From IMG/VR virus record IMGVR_UViG_2909979649_000004: a stretch of DNA of 64,000 nt. The stretch is one strand, 5' to 3'. A program made the position numbers and the translations under genes. Positions 10,323 through 20,553 of the stretch are shown here, piece after piece (positions within the stretch are counted from its first letter, which is position 1; each line of letters opens with the position of its first letter). Source of the DNA: a virus (taxonomy: Duplodnaviria > Caudoviricetes). The notes under the pieces are model-generated. The model ran no database searches, was not told the origin of the DNA, and saw only the letters and a list, made by a program, of their open reading frames with translations.

Positions 10323-10486
10323 AGGAGAATTCTTTATTGCAACTGATGTGGCTGGCGAAAAAACATTTTCCACACCAGCCCGTCACCGCCGACACCATGG
10401 GTGCCGCTTTATTTTTTGAACAGCAATATTGGGAGCATATGCAAATCGCGGTTGCCAATGGCATCAGTCAAGCATTTAAGGGTTAA
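10292..10486 (+). CDS. -1 frame extension of the tail assembly chaperone (E'-like)
   Basis: Open -1 frame ending WEHMQIAVANGISQAFKG; candidate shift site G GTA AAG at 10289-10295. Confidence 0.65.
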   Translation, partial: KASEAVGEQLKENSLLQLMWLAKKHFPHQPVTADTMGAALFFEQQYWEHMQIAVANGISQAFKG

Positions 10487-10497
10487 TCAATTTAATT

Positions 10498-12510
10498 ATG
10501 ACCAGCACGGCCACTGGGCATTTACATTTTATTATCTCGCTGACGAATCATTTAACGTCACCGATTGCCGGCATACAAAACCAAATCAATCAACTGACGG
10601 ATGGCGCTAGCCGTGCGTTTGGCATGATTGGCATGGGGGTAGCCGGTTTAATCGGTGCCGGTTATGCGATTAAAGCCGCATTGGAACCGGCCATTGATAT
10701 GGATCGGGCGATGGGTGAAGTGCGTTCGCTCGGTGTCGTCGAAGCAGACTTGCTGCAATTAAAAAATACGGCCATGGATTTTGCGGTGGAATACGGCAAG
10801 TCAGCGGCGGATTTTGTGCGGGCGAGTTATGACATTCAATCGGCGATCAGTGGCTTAACTGGTCAGGAATTAGGGGATTTTACCAAAGCCAGTGGTATTT
10901 TAGCGGCGGCCACCAAAGCGGATACGGCCACCATTACCAGCTACATGGGCACAATGTACGGTATTTTTAAACAGCAAGCGGCCGTGATGGGCAATGCTGA
11001 CTGGGTGGAAAGGGTCGCCGGACAAACGGCCAGTGCGGTACAAATGTTTAAAACCACCGGCAGTGAAATGTCATCCGCGTTTAGTTCCTTGGGTGCGGGG
11101 GCAACAGCGGTCGGTGTGTCCATGAATGAGCAAATGGCGATCCTCGGCACCCTGCAATCCAGTCTTTCCGGCTCAGAAGCGGGTACCCAATACAACGCCT
11201 TTTTAGCGGGATTATCCAAAGCGGAATCTGCATTAGGCTTACAGTTTACCGATGCGGCGGGCATGGCATTACCTGTTGTGGAGGTGCTGGACAAGATCAA
11301 AGCCAAATACGGTGAATTAAGTCTGGTGGATCAGGCGGATTTAACCAAAGCCTTTGGTACCGATTTAGCCACTAAATTTATTGTGTCTCTCAGTAATGAC
11401 GTAGACGGCTTGCGTAGCAGTATTAATAAGCTGGGAGATATTAAAGGGATGGACACCGCCTTAGCCATGGCCCGCGCCCAAGTGGATGCCTGGGAACGGT
11501 TAGGCGCGGCGGTGGATGTGGTCAGGATTGGCTTTGGTTCGGCGTTATTACCGGTGATTAATCCCTTAGTGGATACCCTGGCAGATATGGGATTTACCCT
11601 GCAACGCTGGACCCAATTATTTCCCAACCTTACCCGCTGGGTGGGGTATTTCTTTTTAGGGTTAATGGGGCTGATTGCGGTGATGTCGCTATTAACGCTT
11701 ACGGCTGGTTTAGCCTTTGGGTCTTTTGTCGTCTTAACCAATCCGATTACTTGGGTGCTGGCTGCTTTAGCCGGGCTTGCCTATATCATTTACCAACTGC
11801 TCTTTAATTGGGATGGATTTAAAGACACCTTGCGCAGTGTCGCCGATGCTTTGAGTTTTTTACCATTGCCAGTGGGGTTAATTGTGGAAGCCTTTATCTG
11901 GTTGGTGGATCACCTGTATTTAGTGGGGGATGCTTGGGACTGGTTAAAAGCGAGCTGGCAAAATGTTGTCAGTTATTTATCGGATACCAGCGTTTTTCAA
12001 ATGCTAATGCAGGTGTTTTCGTTTTTTAATCCGGTACTGGGATTGGTGGCCCAGGGTTTTCATTGGCTATCCACCTTATGGCAACAATTTACCCATTACC
12101 TGGCAGAGGTTGGCCCTTTTGAAGCAATACTAAAAATCTTTTCGTTATTTAATCCATTACTCGGATTAGTGATTAAAGCGATTCAAGGACTCGGCGACTG
12201 GTGGGAACACCTGAAAAAAACCTTTGCTGACGTGGGTGTGTTTGAGTTTTTAGCCAGCATTGTGGATTGGGTGATCGATAAAATTAATAGGATCCCCGGG
12301 ATTAATATTGAAATTGATAAAGAAGCCTTAAAGCCAAACATTGCCAGCTTAAAACGCCCGATACAATCCCAGGTACCGACAGGCGGGTTATTAAAAACTA
12401 TTAATAACAATCAGCAGCATAACCAAAATAATTATCAAACCAACCATATTTACACCCAAACCGTCGACAGTCAGTTTTTACACAACCAAATTGAAATGGA
12501 AGCGCCCTAA
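10498..12510 (+). CDS. Tail tape measure protein
   Basis: SYDIQSAI, AVQMFKTTG, SGSEAGTQY core and Trp/Phe repeats. Confidence 0.93.
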   Translation: MTSTATGHLHFIISLTNHLTSPIAGIQNQINQLTDGASRAFGMIGMGVAGLIGAGYAIKAALEPAIDMDRAMGEVRSLGVVEADLLQLKNTAMDFAVEYGKSAADFVRASYDIQSAISGLTGQELGDFTKASGILAAATKADTATITSYMGTMYGIFKQQAAVMGNADWVERVAGQTASAVQMFKTTGSEMSSAFSSLGAGATAVGVSMNEQMAILGTLQSSLSGSEAGTQYNAFLAGLSKAESALGLQFTDAAGMALPVVEVLDKIKAKYGELSLVDQADLTKAFGTDLATKFIVSLSNDVDGLRSSINKLGDIKGMDTALAMARAQVDAWERLGAAVDVVRIGFGSALLPVINPLVDTLADMGFTLQRWTQLFPNLTRWVGYFFLGLMGLIAVMSLLTLTAGLAFGSFVVLTNPITWVLAALAGLAYIIYQLLFNWDGFKDTLRSVADALSFLPLPVGLIVEAFIWLVDHLYLVGDAWDWLKASWQNVVSYLSDTSVFQMLMQVFSFFNPVLGLVAQGFHWLSTLWQQFTHYLAEVGPFEAILKIFSLFNPLLGLVIKAIQGLGDWWEHLKKTFADVGVFEFLASIVDWVIDKINRIPGINIEIDKEALKPNIASLKRPIQSQVPTGGLLKTINNNQQHNQNNYQTNHIYTQTVDSQFLHNQIEMEAP

Positions 12511-12836
12511 TGGACTATATCGATTTATTAATTAATGAAAATGATCTGGTGTTAACTATAGCCGGTGAACCACAATTAACCAGTGACCGAGCCAGTATTG
12601 CCCAAGATATTCAACATGCGATCCGGGAAAGCGGTTTATTAGTGGACATGATCGGCGAGCGCCACCCGGAACAACGCCAACGGCTGATTCAGGAACTCAC
12701 CTTACTGGTAGAAGACGACGAGCGATTAATACCCGGCACCATTATTTTTCATGAATCCCGCCAAGGCCGTTATTTATTGACGGCGGATACTTACGACTAC
12801 GGTCCTGTGGAAATTCAGAATGCGCTCGCTGTTTAA
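12510..12836 (+). CDS. Baseplate protein, DUF2590-like
   Basis: YIDLLI, SIAQDIQHAIRESGL, DERLIPGT motifs. Confidence 0.85.
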   Translation: MDYIDLLINENDLVLTIAGEPQLTSDRASIAQDIQHAIRESGLLVDMIGERHPEQRQRLIQELTLLVEDDERLIPGTIIFHESRQGRYLLTADTYDYGPVEIQNALAV

Positions 12837-13992
12837 ACGCCTGGTGGCGGATGCCAATATACCCACTGAGGAAACCCAATTAAAAAGCCGGTTTAAACAA
12901 CTGGCGAAAGAACAGGGTAGTCAACTCAGTAATGACAGTCGCTATTCGCCATTCTGGCGGATTATTACCGCGTTAGTCATTCGACCAGTGTTGTGGTTAA
13001 TGGATTTACTGATTGACCAGGTGTTACCGAATGCGTTTTTACAAACGGCCCGAGGCCGCTATTTGGATTTATTAGCCTGGGCGGTACACGTTGAACGTAA
13101 ACCCGCGACACAAGCTGAAGGCATAATCGAATTTCACCGAGCCAGTAGCGATTTAGCGGTGACAATTCCCGCGAATATGGCCATTCAATCGGTGGCCATT
13201 AATGGCACCGTGTATGAAGTCAGAACCACGACAGAAACTACCTTTGCAGCGGGTGAGTTAATCGCTACAGCGCCAGTAAAAGCGACACAAGCCGGTAAAG
13301 CCTTTAACCTGGCACCGGGTTATTATGCGATTTTACCCGAGCCAATTAATGGCATAATCCAGGTGACGAACCCTGACGGGTGGTTGACGACACCCGGTGC
13401 TGATGAAGAAGCCGACGAGGCGTTACGCTGGCGGGCCCGTAATCAATTTGGGGCGGTCAATCAGTGGCATACGGATAGTGTCTACCGCAGCTTAATTGCG
13501 CAGTTTGCGGGGATTGATAGCCGCCATATTTATTTTGAGCATAACGCACCCCGGGGGCCGGGCACCGCGAATGCCTTTATTTTATTTGCGGCCGATGCCC
13601 CTGCAGATGAGTACCTAGAAAAAATAAATCAGTATATTCAGGCGGAAGGTAATCACGGTCATGGGGATGACCTGCAGGTATTTGCCCTACCGGAAAAATC
13701 ATTCGACATTACATTGAATGTGTGGCCTAACCCATTTTTAACAGAAGACAATAAACAGCAATTAAAAACCAATATTGAACACTTTATTAAAACGGCTTTT
13801 CGGGAAAGCACCACCGATAATTATCAACCTACCCAAGTCAGCCCACGCAGCCGGTTTAGTTTTTCCAAACTCACCCAGGAGTTACACCGACAATTTAGTG
13901 AGATTGATTCGTTACAGTTTGAGAATACCGATATTGTCAGCGAGTTATGGTTACCGCAAATCAAGACATTGACGGTGATGCTGCATGATTAA
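12820..13992 (+). CDS. Baseplate J-like protein
   Basis: SPFWRII, PGADEE, APRGPGTANA, GNHGHGDD motifs. Confidence 0.9.
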   Translation: MRSLFKRLVADANIPTEETQLKSRFKQLAKEQGSQLSNDSRYSPFWRIITALVIRPVLWLMDLLIDQVLPNAFLQTARGRYLDLLAWAVHVERKPATQAEGIIEFHRASSDLAVTIPANMAIQSVAINGTVYEVRTTTETTFAAGELIATAPVKATQAGKAFNLAPGYYAILPEPINGIIQVTNPDGWLTTPGADEEADEALRWRARNQFGAVNQWHTDSVYRSLIAQFAGIDSRHIYFEHNAPRGPGTANAFILFAADAPADEYLEKINQYIQAEGNHGHGDDLQVFALPEKSFDITLNVWPNPFLTEDNKQQLKTNIEHFIKTAFRESTTDNYQPTQVSPRSRFSFSKLTQELHRQFSEIDSLQFENTDIVSELWLPQIKTLTVMLHD

Positions 13993-14581
13993 ATTAAAGT
14001 TACCCTTTTGGTTAGGTGGATCAGAGTTAAATAAATTAACCCGCATATGTGAACAGTTTTATGGTGAGGTGGAAAGCTGGTTACGTTGGCCTTTATCGCA
14101 ATTAGACCCATCCACCTGCAGCGAAGGGGTTTTAAATTTACTCGCCTGGCAACGGGATATTAGCCGGTTTAAAGGCGAGCCCTTAAGCCTATTTCGAAAG
14201 CGGGTGCAGTATGCCTTTATTAATAATGTCGATGCCGGTTCAACGGCTGGGGTTAAACGGATACTCGAACGGTTAGGCGTGGGCTATTGTGAGGTAGATG
14301 AACGTACCCCGGGATTAGATTGGGACATTATCACCTTAAAATTATCTGATAGTCAGCTCGCCCAACACCCCGAATTACTCAGCATTATTTTACAGATGTA
14401 TGGCCGCACCTGTCGGCGTTATGTGTTTAGCACCATTACCCCAGTGAAGTTATTTATTGGCGTTAATGAATTTAGTCATGACCAGGTGACCCAAGTTGCA
14501 CAATTACATAATACCGCCCATTTATACGGCCAAAGTCAATTACTAGACCACTCACAACAAGTGTTATGTGCTCAGTTATAA
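13985..14581 (+). CDS. Baseplate/tail protein, gpI-like
   Basis: LLAWQRDI, DAGSTAG, YGRTCRRY motifs. Confidence 0.85.
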   Translation: MIKLKLPFWLGGSELNKLTRICEQFYGEVESWLRWPLSQLDPSTCSEGVLNLLAWQRDISRFKGEPLSLFRKRVQYAFINNVDAGSTAGVKRILERLGVGYCEVDERTPGLDWDIITLKLSDSQLAQHPELLSIILQMYGRTCRRYVFSTITPVKLFIGVNEFSHDQVTQVAQLHNTAHLYGQSQLLDHSQQVLCAQL

Positions 14582-14611
14582 AGAAAAATTCAGAAATAAA
14601 AGGAAAATAAT

Positions 14612-16327
14612 ATGCCTGTCATTACCCATGCCGGTGAACGGCTTATCGCTGAAAAACAAGGGATGCAAAGCCCTTTAATTATTAAACACTTTGTGTTGGC
14701 CAATGTGCCGGATTTAACTGATACCGACCCAGAGAACCGGCACGAGCTGTTGCCGAGTGATGATTTAATTCAATACCAAGCCCCAGTGACGCAAGCCGGG
14801 TTTATTAATCCGAATGCGGTGGTGTATTCGTTAGTGATGGACACCCGTATTGGTGACTTTGAATTTAACTGGTTGGGTTTGGTGGCAGAGGATAATACTT
14901 TAGTCGCCGTCAGTTATGTACCGAAACAGTGGAAACGCAAAACCCAGGGTAGCCAAGCGGGAAACAGTTTAACCCGTAATTTTATGTTGGCGTTTAGTGG
15001 TGCTCAGGATATTACCCAAATCGATGTTAACGCCGACACCTGGCAAATTGATTTCAGTGCTCGACTCAATGGCATTGATGAACGACAACGGTTGGCCAAT
15101 CTGGATTTATACGGTCATGACGTATTTTTTAGTGACGGCTTTAAAGTCATTCGACAGGATGCCCACTATTTAATTACGGCGGGTGTCGGCTATGTGGGTG
15201 GTGTTCGGGTTACCACCGAAAAACATTTAATTAAAGTCACCGAACAGCCCTCTGCCATTTGGGTGGATGTATGCCAACAAGGCAGTGTCACCAGTAATAT
15301 TGAAACGGTAGTGGCGTTTAATGTCGTGGCTGAATTATCGGATTATGTTGACCGATTTGAACGCCCACACTGGGTAGCCAAACTCGCGGAGATTAATAGC
15401 CAAGGGGAAGTGATTGACACACGACGAGTCACGGACGGTTTTGCCGAGCATTTTATTAGTGATAATCCCCATAACCAGTATTTAACCAAAGCCTTGGCAT
15501 TACAATTACCTATAATGCCGGAAGTGTTAACCCCCACGAATCGGTTAGCGGTCATTATTGAGCATCAACAACTCACTATTGTGAAAAATCAGGTGATTCG
15601 TTGGCGGGGTTGGCAGGATTTTAATACGTCAGGTTATTCTGAAAATCAGAGACAGTTTTTTATTGATTCAGATAAAACCTATCATTTGCGATGGTCGCCA
15701 CTAGGTGGGTTTGATTTAAAGGATTTAAATGATACTCCCTATAATCCCAATAGTTTGGTTGAATATGACTTATCCTTTGATACCACCTATGACGATGTGT
15801 TGTTAGGAAAAATTGAGGCCGGTGATTATTACCCTTCCATTATCGCTACTAAACGTTTATATCGTCCAAAAATTTCCGGCAATGGTACGCTATGGTTGCC
15901 GCTAGGTTATCGTGATCGTTCTTTTCGTTTATTAGTCACAATTAGAAATCAACTGCAGCAGGGAAATGTTTTGTTTAAATCAGTTGATAAAGCACATACT
16001 GCATTATTTACCATGAGAGGAAACAATCATGGTGACAACATGAATGTTGAATTAGATAGTGATGATGAATTTTGGTTGACAAGCAATAATAGTAACGGTG
16101 AAGTCAGTATTAGTACATTAACCGGCGATATCATTGATGACTTGCTGTATATGCAAAACCATCAAAGCGAATATGTGAAAAAAATTCAACCAGGCAATAC
16201 GATTGATGGTGATGAAGAGCTTTTTTCGATGGGAATAAAGCGTTTAACGACTGAAGACGTTCAAAAAGGGTTACCACTGGATTATGCAAATATTGAAAGT
16301 GCTTCAATCGTATTTGAAGTGTTTTAA
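14612..16327 (+). CDS. Tail fibre / receptor-binding protein
   Basis: HP1-type N-terminus (VVYSL, GDFEFNWLGL, TWQIDF); C-terminal half homologous to the fibre at 56621-57937. Confidence 0.9.
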   Translation: MPVITHAGERLIAEKQGMQSPLIIKHFVLANVPDLTDTDPENRHELLPSDDLIQYQAPVTQAGFINPNAVVYSLVMDTRIGDFEFNWLGLVAEDNTLVAVSYVPKQWKRKTQGSQAGNSLTRNFMLAFSGAQDITQIDVNADTWQIDFSARLNGIDERQRLANLDLYGHDVFFSDGFKVIRQDAHYLITAGVGYVGGVRVTTEKHLIKVTEQPSAIWVDVCQQGSVTSNIETVVAFNVVAELSDYVDRFERPHWVAKLAEINSQGEVIDTRRVTDGFAEHFISDNPHNQYLTKALALQLPIMPEVLTPTNRLAVIIEHQQLTIVKNQVIRWRGWQDFNTSGYSENQRQFFIDSDKTYHLRWSPLGGFDLKDLNDTPYNPNSLVEYDLSFDTTYDDVLLGKIEAGDYYPSIIATKRLYRPKISGNGTLWLPLGYRDRSFRLLVTIRNQLQQGNVLFKSVDKAHTALFTMRGNNHGDNMNVELDSDDEFWLTSNNSNGEVSISTLTGDIIDDLLYMQNHQSEYVKKIQPGNTIDGDEELFSMGIKRLTTEDVQKGLPLDYANIESASIVFEVF

Positions 16328-16329
16328 TC

Positions 16330-17208
16330 ATGAAGGCTATCCATATTAAAACCCCACCCACGCTGGGAAATGTAAAAGAAAAACAAGCATCAGTAATAGT
16401 AAAGGCCAACGCCCCATTACAGGCGTCGGCCTCTAAAGTAATGCTCTTACACGATAATTATATTGAAAATAAAAATAAAGCTTCCGCTCAGACTATTTTG
16501 GACTTAAGAGTCGATTTTAATAAACATTTACAGAACAATATCCATTGTTGTGTTGTGCACCCTTACCAACATACGGTAGGTGAAGGGGAGGGACACCACC
16601 GGTATTTATCGGCACCCAATGCGATTAAAGCGTTGCAGCAAAAATACCAGGATCAACGGGACCAGCAGCAGCCACACAACAACCAGGCAGCAATTGTGGT
16701 ATTAATCACCGCCTCGCATTTAACGCCGTTCTATCAAACCCTAACGGCATTTAATCAGGTGATGCCAGTACCGGAGTTGCAACAACTGACCCGGCGGGTA
16801 AAAGCGTTAATTGAGTTGGAAACGACTAAATGGGAGCAGCCCAAAGCACCCCAGATGCCGTATTGGCGACAATTGCAATTGACCCAGTGGCAAAGCCCAC
16901 AAAATTATTTAAAGCAACTGGGAGCAACTCAGGCAGCGATAGAAGCGATGGCCGATGATCAATCACCGAAAGCCATCTTAACCGAGCTGATTAATAAAAA
17001 ACGCCAATACCTCAATCAGTTGTATGTCGATTGGCAACAAACCACCCAAGCACTACAAAATGTAGTAGGGCAGTATTTGGCGGGAAATATCAGCCAGCAG
17101 TTAACCCAACTGAACGCGCCGGGTCATGACCAGGTATTAACGGCGGGTGTCTTACTCTCGGGTACGGCAGACGCCTTACACACGCTCAAGGAAACCTTTA
17201 ACTTATGA
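16330..17208 (+). CDS. HP1-type tail-region protein
   Basis: VHPYQHTVG, YLSAPNAI motifs; synteny after the fibre. Confidence 0.7.
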   Translation: MKAIHIKTPPTLGNVKEKQASVIVKANAPLQASASKVMLLHDNYIENKNKASAQTILDLRVDFNKHLQNNIHCCVVHPYQHTVGEGEGHHRYLSAPNAIKALQQKYQDQRDQQQPHNNQAAIVVLITASHLTPFYQTLTAFNQVMPVPELQQLTRRVKALIELETTKWEQPKAPQMPYWRQLQLTQWQSPQNYLKQLGATQAAIEAMADDQSPKAILTELINKKRQYLNQLYVDWQQTTQALQNVVGQYLAGNISQQLTQLNAPGHDQVLTAGVLLSGTADALHTLKETFNL

Positions 17209-17783
17209 TGATTGGTGACTATCAGGTCCAAGGTAGCAACCTGCAGGTGGTGGGGGGGTTACGGATCAGCAATGAAGAATTAAGTGGTGCCAGTAGCGCC
17301 ACCGATCGTGCCCATAAAGGGTTTAAACCCAAAACCCTAACCGTGTCGCTGCAGATCAAACAAAGCCAGCCCGAGCAATTAACCCGGTTGATTGAGTTAG
17401 CCGAGGGTGTGGATAAAGCCGGTAAACAAACGGTTTACACGCTGGTGGATAATACCGCGAAAGCGATGAATATCCGCCAGGTGCAGTTTAACGACAATTT
17501 GAGTGCGCGAGAATCCGCCGATAAACGCTTATGGCAGGTGCAATTTACCTTAGCGGAATACCGCTCTGTACCGGAAAAGGTTGAGCAACGCCAACCGAAA
17601 AAAGACCCAAAAAAACAGCAAGCCGATGGCCAGCCTATTGGGTCAGATAATCAAGCAAGCAACGAACCGGCATTAACCGAGTTTGAGCAGCTGTTAAAAC
17701 AAATAGACGAGCAAATAGGCCCCCGTGAAACTGAACAGCCAGCTGATGATCAATCAGCAGATAATACCGCTAGTGCGGCATGA
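17205..17783 (+). CDS. HP1-type baseplate-region protein
   Basis: KGFKPKTLTVS, WQVQFTLAEYRSVPEKVE motifs. Confidence 0.7.
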   Translation: MMIGDYQVQGSNLQVVGGLRISNEELSGASSATDRAHKGFKPKTLTVSLQIKQSQPEQLTRLIELAEGVDKAGKQTVYTLVDNTAKAMNIRQVQFNDNLSARESADKRLWQVQFTLAEYRSVPEKVEQRQPKKDPKKQQADGQPIGSDNQASNEPALTEFEQLLKQIDEQIGPRETEQPADDQSADNTASAA

Positions 17784-18408
17784 TATCCGCTTAGCCTTAA
17801 ATACCCCTGGTCGTGCCACCTTTGTGGTACGGCCTAAAGTCCCATTAACAGCAAAAACCGTAGTAAAAATAGCCATGGGTTATGGTGATAATTTACAGCA
17901 GGTATTTGTAGGCTATATCGAAAAAATCACCCCAGTGGATAAACACCAACAGCAATTATTCTGCAGGGAATTAACCGGGATTTTGCATTACCCGTTACCC
18001 ATGAGTTTACGGCATGTGCATTTAAATGAGGTATTAAACCAAATCGCCCAGCAAACCCGACTGACGTTTATTACTCCTGAACAAGCCTACTGCACTACTA
18101 AAATCCCTTATTTTTACAGCCTGAATAATGGGCTGTTTGCCATGAGTTCAATCGCGCAGGCATTTGCTATTGATGATTATTGTTGGCAGCAACAAGGGAA
18201 TGGACAGGTGTATGTGGGGAGTTGGCAGCACAGTTATTGGCAGGATAAACCGATAAAAATCCCTGAACAATTTTTTATTAACCATCAATCCCATAACAGT
18301 GCGCAAATTGCAGCAATACCCCAAATACGCCCTGGGGTGTTATTAGACGATGGCAGCCGGATAAAACAAACCCAAATTAATAACAATCAAATGGTCATAT
18401 CATGGTAG
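17725..18408 (+). CDS. HP1-type baseplate hub-like protein
   Basis: PGRATF, FCRE, WQQQGNGQVYVGSW motifs. Confidence 0.7.
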   Translation: MKLNSQLMINQQIIPLVRHDIRLALNTPGRATFVVRPKVPLTAKTVVKIAMGYGDNLQQVFVGYIEKITPVDKHQQQLFCRELTGILHYPLPMSLRHVHLNEVLNQIAQQTRLTFITPEQAYCTTKIPYFYSLNNGLFAMSSIAQAFAIDDYCWQQQGNGQVYVGSWQHSYWQDKPIKIPEQFFINHQSHNSAQIAAIPQIRPGVLLDDGSRIKQTQINNNQMVISW

Positions 18409-19352
18409 AAGCCATTAAACGCATTGTATTAAGTTTATTTCCAGAACTGGCGGGTAATTATCATTTACCCCGCTTTGGTCGGGTGGTGGCCATCAGTGAT
18501 TTACCCAAACAAGGGAGTCTCTGTGATGAGTTTAGGCCTCACTATGCGGTGGATATTGAGGTATTAAACGCACAAGGCAAGCCGGATAAAAAATTACCGA
18601 TATTATCGAGTGTAACCGTACCCATGGCACTAGCAGGCCAGGAAAAAGGCTTTTATGGCTTACCGGAAGTGGGTACTTGGGTGGTGGTCGGGTTTGCATA
18701 TGGTCTGCCTAATAAGCCATTCATACAACAGTTATTACCGAATGGCTTATCACTCCCCAACCTTGAGCAAAAAGAGCAGCGTTGGCAGCCTAATCCGTCA
18801 AGCTACCAACGTTGCGATCACAAGGGCGCCTGGGAACGAACCTCAGACAGTAGTATCAGGGATGAGAGCTTAAGTTATCAGCTGGAAACCCTACACCAGG
18901 AAACCACAGCCCAAACCAGCCAAACGACAGTTACCGAGCACAGCACTGAAACGATTGGCGGCACCAAAGCCATTGAGGCAATGGGAGCTCTTAAACTCCA
19001 TTCCGGTGGTACAGCTGAATTAGCCGCTATTGATAATTTAAAGGTAGCTACAGGCAATGATAGTCATACTGTCGTAGGTAACGATATGCAAGAGCATATC
19101 AACGGGATTAAACACAGCCTGGCCAAACTGAAGCAAATCGCCCAAGTCAAAGACGGAGGCAAAGTCTGGTTGGGGAATGAAAGTGACAATGTGTTGCAAC
19201 TGCTGTCGGAATTTATGGCGGTGGTTGAGCAAGCGTTTTTAGACTTATCCACCCATGGCCATACGCCTGCTGGACCAACTAATAAACATAGCCTGATACA
19301 GCAGGCGGGTACAGTTAATCAGCAGAATACTCATCTTAAAACAATGCTTTAA
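18402..19352 (+). CDS. Baseplate spike/gpV-like protein, last tail gene
   Basis: FRPHYAVD, PEVGTWVVVGFAYG OB-fold, beta repeats, HxH tip motif. Confidence 0.75.
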   Translation: MVEAIKRIVLSLFPELAGNYHLPRFGRVVAISDLPKQGSLCDEFRPHYAVDIEVLNAQGKPDKKLPILSSVTVPMALAGQEKGFYGLPEVGTWVVVGFAYGLPNKPFIQQLLPNGLSLPNLEQKEQRWQPNPSSYQRCDHKGAWERTSDSSIRDESLSYQLETLHQETTAQTSQTTVTEHSTETIGGTKAIEAMGALKLHSGGTAELAAIDNLKVATGNDSHTVVGNDMQEHINGIKHSLAKLKQIAQVKDGGKVWLGNESDNVLQLLSEFMAVVEQAFLDLSTHGHTPAGPTNKHSLIQQAGTVNQQNTHLKTML

Positions 19353-19365
19353 GAGAAATAATAAT

Positions 19366-19484
19366 CTAGTAGTCTAACAATAGAGTCTTTTCACCTTGAC
19401 TTATGCTGTATCTCTAAGAAAGAGCCTGTATATCAAAGCAGACAGGCATCACCTGTTGCCTTGAGTAGTGAAAGAAGCACTAGT
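19366..19484. repeat. Structured non-coding repeat, copy 1
   Basis: 111 bp match to 40446-40556 with 4 mismatches; bounded by CTAGT on both sides. Confidence 0.9.
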
Positions 19485-19582
19485 AATGAAAAATACAAAC
19501 GATAGGCATGTGACCTAGAACTTGCTACAGGAGCAAACTTTATCTGTAGCAAAGCCCTAGGAGACTGATTTGTAAAGGGTGT

Positions 19583-19619
19583 ACTGGTTAGCTTTTATAC
19601 AAAAAGTTAACCAGTTTTT
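19583..19619. terminator. Intrinsic terminator between the tail operon and the convergent ORF
   Basis: ACTGGTTAGCTTTT/AAAAGTTAACCAGT stem followed by T run. Confidence 0.6.
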
Positions 19620-19634
19620 AGAGTAATGAGCTGG

Positions 19635-20126
19635 TTAAATACCTGTTCTTACTTCTTTTGAAGAGCTTTCATTATTTGGTTCTATAAAATAGCGCTTAAC
19701 CTCATTCATTTTATCTACTAATGCCTGCTTTTTATTCATAGTTTCTCGATGATTAAACCTAATGCCTGTCTTACTGTTTACTCTATTAAGGTTTTGGGTA
19801 AACGATTCAATTGCATGGTTAAGCTTATAAATAGTTTTTTTATCAAGATAACTGAGATTGGATAAAGTGAAGTTAGCCTCAGATATAATCTCTGGCAACA
19901 TCTCTAGCAAATGGTATTCAGATGATCTGTGCTTAAGAGTCTGTCTTTCTTTAAGCCAAAGTTCCAATTCTTCGATTTCTTTTATAGTGAGCTTCGCGGC
20001 CACGTGAGGAGCGACCTGAGTTAAATGACTATCAAATGATGCCACTACTTTTTCACTCAATATATTATCTTTACTCACTTGCTCGCGAATGCATTGGACT
20101 CGTGAACCAATAATTTTAAAGTACAT
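19635..20126 (-). CDS. Hypothetical protein divergent from the Hsp20 cluster
   Basis: 163-aa ORF with AAGGAG ribosome-binding site; no recognised family. Confidence 0.7.
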   Translation of the reverse strand: MYFKIIGSRVQCIREQVSKDNILSEKVVASFDSHLTQVAPHVAAKLTIKEIEELELWLKERQTLKHRSSEYHLLEMLPEIISEANFTLSNLSYLDKKTIYKLNHAIESFTQNLNRVNSKTGIRFNHRETMNKKQALVDKMNEVKRYFIEPNNESSSKEVRTGI

Positions 20127-20436
20127 AATAATGCTCCTTTATTAATGAATAATTAAAAGGTAAATAAAAGTTTAATAAAAAAGCAGTTTTTTTGATTTAG
20201 GGATTGTAAATTTTCATATGATTAATAAGCCACTTACAATCAACAAAAACTAGCGCTGATTAGATATGGTTCTGTATATAATGTGTACAGGGTATTGGTA
20301 GTAATCAAAAACACCCTGCTGATGTAAATAATATTAATTTTGACTTAGGCTTTGTCAAGTCCTAAGTAAGCTGCAATTTTATAAATATAATTTATATGTA
20401 AAAAACTGCTTATTAAAATAAATTATTTATCTGGGT

Positions 20437-20467
20437 GTTGAACTCTTTAAAATAGAACCCATCATAT
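20437..20467 (+). promoter_or_regulatory. Putative sigma32 (RpoH) promoter
   Basis: GTTGAA-N15-CCCATCATAT, close to CTTGAA...CCCCATNT, upstream of an ibpA-like gene. Confidence 0.6.
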
Positions 20468-20519
20468 GTATTGAAAAAAGGAGTTACTTTTAAATCTACA
20501 ACTGTAAATTGACTGTATG

Positions 20520-20553
20520 ATCTCGTATTGCTTCTAATGGAGGATATGAAATG
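20520..20553 (+). promoter_or_regulatory. ROSE-like RNA thermometer hairpin
   Basis: TATTGCT (UUGCU motif at 20528-20532) pairs with SD AGGATA (20541-20546) leaving a bulged G. Confidence 0.65.

Noticed and set aside
15995-16255. Fibre-tip repeat as a diversity-generating retroelement TR/VR pair
   Set aside because: Both copies are coding and identical, with no adenine-specific differences and no reverse transcriptase in the window.
177-19252. Many short alternative-frame and antisense ORFs in the structural operons of both prophages
   Set aside because: They overlap well-supported genes and show no motifs or ribosome-binding sites.
19366-19484. Known riboswitch class (fluoride, glycine, c-di-GMP, yybP)
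   Set aside because: Only isolated short words match; the conserved cores were not found on either strand.
20272-20290. CTGTATATAATGTGTACAG as a LexA box
   Set aside because: Spacing is CTG-N13-CAG rather than N10.
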